From Candidatus Baldrarchaeota archaeon (GTDB taxonomy: Archaea; Asgardarchaeota; Baldrarchaeia; Baldrarchaeales; DXJG01), in the NCBI GenBank assembly GCA_019056805.1, contig DXJG01000002.1, forward strand, positions 313,103-345,102: a stretch of DNA of 32,000 nt. The letters run 5' to 3'. Positions 25,537 to 32,000 of this stretch are shown here, one piece after another (the stretch's first letter is position 1; every line of letters starts with the position of its first letter). Both the position numbers and the translations under genes were made by a program. The notes beneath the pieces are model-generated. The model had not been told where the DNA came from. It made no database searches and was given only the letters and a program-made list of their open reading frames with translations.

Positions 25537-26676
25537 TTGGGGAGTATAGCTAAAGCTATCAAAGTTAGTAAAAAAGAAGCTACCCTAATATTAATAATTG
25601 CGATCCTATACTTGTATACATTATACTTTCGTGTTCTAAGTTTAATGTTACCCTTAGGAATATTTTTAGGTGGATGGCTCGTATTTAGACCTTCTGAATG
25701 GACTGTGGAAGGAATAGAAGGAATAAGCAAAACTGTTGGCCTTACCGCATATTTTGCCGGAGTTTTAACAAGCTTAGCATCAAATTTACCAGAAGCTGTG
25801 ATGCTAGGTCTAACCTTATGGCGAGGACATATTATGAAAAACCCAGCAATGATAGATATAGCAATACTTACAGTTCTCTCCTCAATAGGTTTTAACATGA
25901 TACTTTTAGGATCAGTAATATTAATAGGAACAAGAAAAACAGGAGGAATTGTGAAAATCCCTAAAACCGCAATAGAACACGAAATAGAACTCATAAGATT
26001 CACAATAGTTGCCTTGCTTGCTGTATTTGCTCTTGGTGTAATAGACATATTATTTACCATAGGTACAGGAGGAAGTATAACAACTACATTCTACATACCA
26101 AGAGAGGCAACAATACTTCTTGTACTCTCTTATGTGGTCTACATAATATTCACCGTGAGGAAAGGAACTACCCAAATCGAAAAAAACGAAGAATTGAAAA
26201 AATCTCACCATTTTACAGTTAAAACTTATTTAATATTTCTTGTAATGGGAATAGTTGGAATATATATTGGTGGCGAACTTATAGTTAGAAGCGTTGAATC
26301 TATACTTAGTGAAGAAACTCTTGCACCCTACGGGAATCCAATCATATTGGGCGGTCTCTTAATGGGTGCTTTAGCAGCAATACCTGAACATGGAATAGCA
26401 GTAATCTCAGCTTACAAAGAAAAAATGGATATATCGCTAGGCAATTTACTTGGAGGATTATCACAAATAATACTTCTGATTCTAGGATTAGTGGGAACAA
26501 TAATTCTAATTCCCCTCGATGAATACGTACTTTTCCAATTATTAATAACAGCATTGTGCATGTGGTTTCTCAAAAGAAGTATAGTAGACGATGGAAAACT
26601 AGACAATTTCGAAGGAATCATGCTTATAATAGTACAAATCTTCGTTTTCATTTTGCTTCTCAAAGGACTAGTATAG
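25537..26676 (+). CDS. CaCA-family cation antiporter (Ca2+/Na+ or Ca2+/H+)
   Basis: About 10 TM helices; alpha-1 repeat TSLASNLPE and alpha-2 repeat ALAAIPEH...DISLGNLLG; TTG start with SD GGAGGT. Confidence 0.85.
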   Translation: MGSIAKAIKVSKKEATLILIIAILYLYTLYFRVLSLMLPLGIFLGGWLVFRPSEWTVEGIEGISKTVGLTAYFAGVLTSLASNLPEAVMLGLTLWRGHIMKNPAMIDIAILTVLSSIGFNMILLGSVILIGTRKTGGIVKIPKTAIEHEIELIRFTIVALLAVFALGVIDILFTIGTGGSITTTFYIPREATILLVLSYVVYIIFTVRKGTTQIEKNEELKKSHHFTVKTYLIFLVMGIVGIYIGGELIVRSVESILSEETLAPYGNPIILGGLLMGALAAIPEHGIAVISAYKEKMDISLGNLLGGLSQIILLILGLVGTIILIPLDEYVLFQLLITALCMWFLKRSIVDDGKLDNFEGIMLIIVQIFVFILLLKGLV

Positions 26677-26722
26677 CAAACCCGCACTTTAAAACATCAA
26701 CATCTAAAATGCAATTTTAACT

Positions 26723-27889
26723 TCATAGTTCTGGTACGATTTCTCTGATCCTTCTCACTGCTTCTCTTAAATTCTCCCGTGAAGTTGCAAACGATATCCT
26801 TAGGTGCCCTTCTCCAACCTTTGGTCCAAAAATAACCCCAGGAACTGTAACTACCCTTGCTTTTTCAAGTATATGCATGGCAAGTGACATAGAATCTTTC
26901 GAAATCTCTGAAAAATCTGGAAAAACATAGAAAGCACCTCTTGGCTTAAAACACTTAACCCCACTAATTTTATTTAGTTCTGAGACAATTAAATCTCTTC
27001 TATACTCATATTCTCTTACCATCTCTTTTACAGAGTCTTGAGGTCCTTTTAACGCTGCCAACGCTGCATATTGAGCAATTGAACTTGCACAAACTGTAGA
27101 AATAGAAACTATTTTTCTCATATGTCCTATAAAGATGGGATTAGCAATTACGTAGCCAACACGCCAACCAGTCATTGCGTAACTCTTTGAAAACGAAAAA
27201 ACACTAATAACCTTATCTTTTACATCGGGATTAGAAGCAATGCTAAAATGTTTTTCTCCATCAAAAATGATCTTTTCATAAACTTCATCACTTAACAGAA
27301 TGACATCTCTCTTTCTAATAATGTCTGCGATTTCTTCAAGGAGTTTTCTATCTAATATAGCTCCAGTCGGATTTTGAGGCGTATTTAAAACAATTAACTT
27401 AGTTCTATCACTAATCTTACTTTCTAATTCTCCTATATCGGGCTTAAATCCAAGATCTTCATGTAAGGGACAATAAACTATTTTTGCTCCTACAAACTTA
27501 GCAACACTAAAGTAAGCAGACCACGCAGGGTCAGTTAATATAATCTCATCTCCTGGATCTAAAAGTATATTAAAGGCAGCAAAAACTGCATGGTAACCTC
27601 CGCAAGTAACAAGAATCTCACTTTCAGGATTAACTTCAATACCATTTTCTTCCATAAGTTTCTCAGCAATAGCTTCTCTAAGTTCAGGTATCCCGGCAAT
27701 TGCTGTATAATGGGTGTAACCCTTGTCCATAGCCTCCTTAGCAGCTTCTTTAATAAAATCAGGTGTATCAAAATCAGGTTCTCCAAGTTCAAGTCTTATC
27801 ACATTTCCCAAAGCAAGGGCTCTCTCGCTAAACTTCTTAATGCCAGAAAGTGGAGTTCTAACTGCACGTTTAGAAATAAAATTTTCCAA
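26723..27889 (-). CDS. Class I/II PLP-dependent aminotransferase (aspartate aminotransferase-like)
   Basis: LELGEPDFDTP, YTAIAGIPELREAIA, NTPQNPTG, SDEVYE, SFSKSYAMTGWRVGY and GAFY. Probable start is the TTG at 27889 after SD GGTGGTGA (track start 27979). Confidence 0.92.
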   Translation of the reverse strand: MENFISKRAVRTPLSGIKKFSERALALGNVIRLELGEPDFDTPDFIKEAAKEAMDKGYTHYTAIAGIPELREAIAEKLMEENGIEVNPESEILVTCGGYHAVFAAFNILLDPGDEIILTDPAWSAYFSVAKFVGAKIVYCPLHEDLGFKPDIGELESKISDRTKLIVLNTPQNPTGAILDRKLLEEIADIIRKRDVILLSDEVYEKIIFDGEKHFSIASNPDVKDKVISVFSFSKSYAMTGWRVGYVIANPIFIGHMRKIVSISTVCASSIAQYAALAALKGPQDSVKEMVREYEYRRDLIVSELNKISGVKCFKPRGAFYVFPDFSEISKDSMSLAMHILEKARVVTVPGVIFGPKVGEGHLRISFATSRENLREAVRRIREIVPEL

Positions 27890-28075
27890 ATTTTTCACCA
27901 CCAAAGCTTGGTGAACCATGGAACGATACGAATACCGATATAAAAAAACTACGAAACCATTTGTCATTCTAAGAATCAAAGTGTGTATGTGAATTTTGGA
28001 GTAAACAATTCATCAAAATGATCTTTGATAGTACAGCATACTTGCTGTCTAAGACGATTAGATCAGCCAACAGAT

Positions 28076-28210
28076 TTACGTAAACATCCTTTTGTCCACA
28101 AACTTCTTTTTGGCTTATTGGTTACATAAAAGTAGTTAAAGAGAGTTATGAGATGTATTTTTGCCTCTACAAACTTTACGTAATACTTATTGCGTACAAC
28201 AATTACATAA
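28076..28210. promoter_or_regulatory. Cluster of four TTACRTAA octamers in a divergent promoter region
   Basis: TTACGTAA at 28076 and 28176, TTACATAA at 28122 and 28203. Confidence 0.45.
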
Positions 28211-28264
28211 TCATTATTGATCTAGATTAAGTCAAATACCCTAAAAATAGGATAACGATACGAG

Positions 28265-30211
28265 ATGGGGATATTTATGTCTACAAAGCTATCTATGGAA
28301 ATCCAACACCTTTTTAAAAGCGGTAAAATAGGAAAAATGGAACTCAAAAATAGAATAATCATGGCCCCAATGTTAATTGGTTTATCAGAACTTGATGGTA
28401 CCGTTGGAGAAAAGTTTACTCGTTTTTATGCAGAGAGAGCAGAAGGCGGTGTAGCTCTCATAGCTGTAGGGGGAATATGTCCAGATGACAGATACAGAAG
28501 TCATCCAGGTCAACCATCTTTAGATGACGACAGATATATTTCTGGGTGGAAAATGTTTATAGAAGAAATTAAAGAAAAAGAAGTAAAAGTTACAGCTCAA
28601 CTATTACATCCCGGTAGATATGCTCCTTCTATAATCACTGGAAGACAACCAGTTGCTCCCTCGCCAATACCTTCAAAATTCACAGGGGAAACGCCAAGAG
28701 AACTTACGGTTGAAGAAATATTAGAAATTGAAGAAAAATTTGCCGAAGCGGCTAAAAGAGCTATGGTTGCTGGTTTTGACGGTGTTGAACTTTGCGCCTC
28801 AGCTGGTTATCTCTTCAGTCAATTTCTCTCACCAGCAACCAATAAAAGAAACGATGAATATGGGGGAACCCTTGAAAATAGAATGCGATTTCTAATAGAA
28901 ACTGCTAAAAAAATAAAAAAGGCAACTGGAGAAGGATTCCCCCTCATAGTGAGGTTAAGTGCTGAAGACTACATGCCAGGGGGCACTACTCTCGAAGAAA
29001 CAATAATTGTTGCAAAAGCTCTCGAGGATGTTGGTGTTGACGCGTTAAACATTACCACAGGATGGCATGAATCTCCAAGACCTTTAATAACAAGAGAAGT
29101 TCCTCCAGGAGGATTCGTGTATCTTGCAGAGGCAGTTAAGAACGTTGTAAGCATACCTGTAATTGCAAGTAATAGAATAAAGTATCCTCAACTTGCTAGC
29201 AAAATAATAGAAGAGGGAAAAGCCGATTTCGTCGCGATAGGTAGGCCTTTAATAGCTGATCCACAATGGCCTCAAAAAGCATATGAAGGACGATACAACG
29301 AAATAAGGCCTTGTATCGCTTGCGGACACTGTTTAGAAAGCTTGTTCTCCGGAAACTCTATCGAGTGTACAGTCAATCCAAGGGCAGGAAAAGAAACCAA
29401 ATATCAAGTAAGAAAAGTAGAAAAAAGTAAGAAAGTTCTTGTTGTTGGAGGAGGTCCAGCAGGATTAGAGGCAGCATTAACTGCGGCGCTTAGAGGACAT
29501 AACGTAACGTTGTGCGAAAAATCCAATGATTTGGGAGGACAGTTTAGAATCGCTTCCATTCCACCTTACAAGGAGGAGCTTAGGGAACTTATAGAGTATT
29601 ACAAAGTCATGTTAACAAAATTAAATGTAGAAATAAAATTAAACATCGAAGTAACCGCCGATACTATTGAGAAGTTTTCAAGTGATGTCATTATAGTTGC
29701 TACGGGGGCTAAGCCATTAATACCTAATATACCTGGTGTTCGTCAAGAAAATGTAGTTACAGCGTATGATGTTCTAGCTGGTAAAGCTACATGTGGTAAC
29801 GTTGTTGCGATTATTGGTGGTGGAGGTGTAGGGCTTGAAACAGCAGACTATTTGTCTGAAAAGGGTAAAGAAGTTACCATTATAGAAATGCTTGGCAAAG
29901 TAGGGTTAGATATGGAAAGAACGATAAGATGGACTCTACTAAAAAGATTGAAAACAAAAAATGTTAAAATTCTTACAAATACTAAAGCTATAGCTATAGA
30001 AAAAGACGGTGTAACAGTTAGATATGGAGAATCGGAGAAAAAGATTCTGGCTGAGACGATTGTTTTGGCAGTTGGTATGGTGCCGAATGGAAGACTGTAC
30101 GAAAAACTTAAAGACAAATTTGAAGACGTATATGCAGTGGGAGACTGTGTAAAACCTCAAAGAGTTAGACAAGCAATTGCAACAGCCTTTAAAACGGGCA
30201 TAAGAGTATAA
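28265..30211 (+). CDS. NADH:flavin oxidoreductase, 2,4-dienoyl-CoA reductase (FadH)-like OYE with Fe-S and FAD domains
   Basis: LKNRIIMAPM, QLLHPGRY, GYLFSQFLSP..NKRNDEYGG, GWHES, Fe-S motif CIACGHC...CTVNP and two Rossmann motifs (VVGGGPAG, IIGGGGVG). The OYE HxxH position reads CASAGY, and the GWHE motif matches FadH-type enzymes. Confidence 0.9.
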   Translation: MGIFMSTKLSMEIQHLFKSGKIGKMELKNRIIMAPMLIGLSELDGTVGEKFTRFYAERAEGGVALIAVGGICPDDRYRSHPGQPSLDDDRYISGWKMFIEEIKEKEVKVTAQLLHPGRYAPSIITGRQPVAPSPIPSKFTGETPRELTVEEILEIEEKFAEAAKRAMVAGFDGVELCASAGYLFSQFLSPATNKRNDEYGGTLENRMRFLIETAKKIKKATGEGFPLIVRLSAEDYMPGGTTLEETIIVAKALEDVGVDALNITTGWHESPRPLITREVPPGGFVYLAEAVKNVVSIPVIASNRIKYPQLASKIIEEGKADFVAIGRPLIADPQWPQKAYEGRYNEIRPCIACGHCLESLFSGNSIECTVNPRAGKETKYQVRKVEKSKKVLVVGGGPAGLEAALTAALRGHNVTLCEKSNDLGGQFRIASIPPYKEELRELIEYYKVMLTKLNVEIKLNIEVTADTIEKFSSDVIIVATGAKPLIPNIPGVRQENVVTAYDVLAGKATCGNVVAIIGGGGVGLETADYLSEKGKEVTIIEMLGKVGLDMERTIRWTLLKRLKTKNVKILTNTKAIAIEKDGVTVRYGESEKKILAETIVLAVGMVPNGRLYEKLKDKFEDVYAVGDCVKPQRVRQAIATAFKTGIRV

Positions 30212-30347
30212 TTGAAGACTAAGATAATAATATTAAGTACATGCTTTGTTTAGGAATAAGGAGTCATCATCTACTAAAATTTTCATTTATCATGTTGGAG
30301 AGTTGTATAAAGTGAGAACCTCAAATTCAAGTGTACGGTGATGCAAT

Positions 30348-31490
30348 TTGAGAGTATGCATGATTTCTACTTTCTATCCCATAGTGGGAGGAGTAACGAG
30401 ATACACTCATGAATTAGCAAAAAGATTAATGGAAAAAGGATATGAAGTATGGGTTGTTACAGGACATGGAGAAATCAATGGAACTAGAAATTATGAACAG
30501 GTTCCTGTCTTTGATGTTCAATGTATGAAAAGTATTTACGAGTCCGTCTTTATTAATCCTTTAGATTCTCACTGGATATTGCTAAAGTTTTTGAAAGAAA
30601 AAAAGTTTGACTTAATCCATATTCAGCATTTCGGTTTCACTATGCTTTTATTTCTCCTAAAACATGTAAACATCCCAGTTGTATCTTCAACACACCTTGA
30701 ACCTGAACGTTATTTACATGTTAATAGAATCGTTAACACATTATGGAAAAATGTCGCCATTAACATGTGGGCCAAATACATACTTGAAAAATCAAAGTAT
30801 ATAATTGCGGTAGGTGAATTTTACCGGAAAACTCTAATGGAAATAGGACTTTATGATCCCGAGAAAGTAATTTATGTTCCCAACGGCGTAGACTCAAAAA
30901 AGTTTTCTCCAGGAGATTCAGAATTTAGGTCAAAGCTCGGAACAAGATACATTTTATTTGTTGGGCGTCTTGATGTAGTCAAAGGACTAAAATATCTAAT
31001 TACTGCCTTTAAACTTGTTGAATCGAAATTTCCTAAAGTAAAATTAGTGATCGTAGGAGATGGTCCAGAAAAAGAACGATTAAAAAGAATGGCATCTACA
31101 AATGTTATTTTTACAGGTAAAGTTTTAGGAGATAGACTCGTAGATATCCTCAGAGGAGCTGAAATGTTTGTTCTCCCTTCCATAGCTGAGGGATCTCCTC
31201 TTGCTGTATTAGAAGCTATGTCTTGTGGAATTCCTGTAATCTCAACTACAGTTGGAGAAATTCCATACATTCTTTCCGATGGTAAGGGGCTTCTCGTAAA
31301 ACCATGTTCGGTAAACGAATTGGCAAATGCTATATTCTTTCTTCTAGAAAATGAAGATATAAGAAAGAAAATGAGCATTAAATCACGAGAGTATATTAGA
31401 AACCGTAGAGACTGGAAAAACATCATAGGAAGAATCGAAAAAGTATATCATAAAGTTCTTGAATGTCATGAAGACAATTTTCTTCGCTAA
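30348..31490 (+). CDS. Glycosyltransferase family 4 (GT-B)
   Basis: YPIVGGV, VPNGVD, LFVGRLDVVKG, IVGDGP and EGSPLAVLEAMSCGIPV; TTG start with SD GGTGA. Confidence 0.93.
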   Translation: MRVCMISTFYPIVGGVTRYTHELAKRLMEKGYEVWVVTGHGEINGTRNYEQVPVFDVQCMKSIYESVFINPLDSHWILLKFLKEKKFDLIHIQHFGFTMLLFLLKHVNIPVVSSTHLEPERYLHVNRIVNTLWKNVAINMWAKYILEKSKYIIAVGEFYRKTLMEIGLYDPEKVIYVPNGVDSKKFSPGDSEFRSKLGTRYILFVGRLDVVKGLKYLITAFKLVESKFPKVKLVIVGDGPEKERLKRMASTNVIFTGKVLGDRLVDILRGAEMFVLPSIAEGSPLAVLEAMSCGIPVISTTVGEIPYILSDGKGLLVKPCSVNELANAIFFLLENEDIRKKMSIKSREYIRNRRDWKNIIGRIEKVYHKVLECHEDNFLR

Positions 31491-31620
31491 ACTCCGAAAA
31501 GTGCAAACCTTGCTTTTCCATAAATCATATAAAACCATTCTTCTGATTTAAATTTGGGAAATTCTAATTTGTTGTTGAAATTAAATTATTGTTTATATCT
31601 AATGTTATGGAGGATAATAT

Positions 31621-32000
31621 TTGAAAAATTTGAAAAAAGTTAATATCTTTGTAACAGGTCCCCCGAGAAGCGGTAAAAGTACACTTATTGAAAAAATTGT
31701 TACAAATCTTAGGGAGCAAGGCTTTACTATTGGGGGCATTTCCACTCCCGAAGTAAGAGAAAAAGGAAGAAGAATCGGTTTTAAAATAATTGATTTAGCT
31801 AGCGGTAAATGGGGCTGGATGGCACACATAAATATTTTCAGCCGATACAAAGTCTCTAAGTATGGTGTAGATATAAAAACCGTGGAAGACATTGGGGCAA
31901 ATGCTATACTCTCAGCTATTGAAAACGCTGACGTAATAGTAATAGATGAGATCGGTAAGATGGAACTTTTCTCAAGAAAATTTCAAGAAGCTGTTAAGGC
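31621..32000 (+). CDS. Nucleoside triphosphatase (NTPase_1/THEP1 family), 3'-truncated by window edge
   Basis: Not in the ORF track. TTG at 31621 after SD GGAGGA; translation MKNLKKVNIFVTGPPRSGKSTL...EVREKGRRIGFKIIDL...VIVIDEIGKMELFS. Confidence 0.92.
   Translation, partial: MKNLKKVNIFVTGPPRSGKSTLIEKIVTNLREQGFTIGGISTPEVREKGRRIGFKIIDLASGKWGWMAHINIFSRYKVSKYGVDIKTVEDIGANAILSAIENADVIVIDEIGKMELFSRKFQEAVK

Noticed and set aside
28076-28210. TTAYGTAA matches the eukaryotic PAR-bZIP D-box
   Set aside because: No bZIP gene in the window, and an 8-bp AT-rich match is weak evidence. It is kept only as an unknown operator.
323-31892. Many antisense or alternative-frame ORFs in the track (e.g. 323-592, 1389-1706, 9318-9740, 10428-10841, 13559-13819, 23915-24280, 25512-26060, 27590-27943, 30872-31426, 31605-31892)
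   Set aside because: All overlap well-supported genes, mostly on the opposite strand, lack recognisable motifs, and have the S/F/L-rich composition expected of shadow ORFs.
1-32000. CRISPR arrays, IS elements, prophage or defence islands; recoding (Sec/Pyl, frameshifts)
   Set aside because: I saw no regularly spaced repeats, transposases, terminal inverted repeats or cas genes. Recognised genes have intact frames with no in-frame stops inside conserved domains.

Overview
Gene-dense, AT-rich archaeal chromosomal window with about 29 CDS and one tRNA. A stand-alone profilin (2732-3103) points to an Asgard archaeon; the K/E/I-rich proteins suggest a thermophilic lineage (inference). In order, it holds: the 3' part of a porD-porA-porB 2-oxoacid:ferredoxin oxidoreductase operon; profilin; a metallophosphoesterase plus a small ORF; a DUF488-MaoC-HDAC-fold cluster; YjbQ; a contiguous smc-scpA-scpB-tRNA-binding-protein operon; tRNA-Gln(CTG) with a 28-nt intron in the variable loop; DtdA; a class V aminotransferase; an active/degenerate KaiC-like ATPase pair whose first gene lacks a canonical start codon; an MBL hydrolase; a 1253-aa membrane-anchored surface protein (CWB2-like repeats, PPC domains, caspase/gingipain-fold His-Cys protease domain, cytoplasmic Zn ribbon) followed by a 2-TM coiled-coil gene; an XPD/FANCJ-like Fe-S helicase; speD-speE; a CaCA antiporter; a class I/II aminotransferase; a FadH-like flavoenzyme; a GT4; and a partial NTPase. 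I see no CRISPR array, transposase, integrase or prophage. All family calls come from motif recognition by eye; no database search was run.
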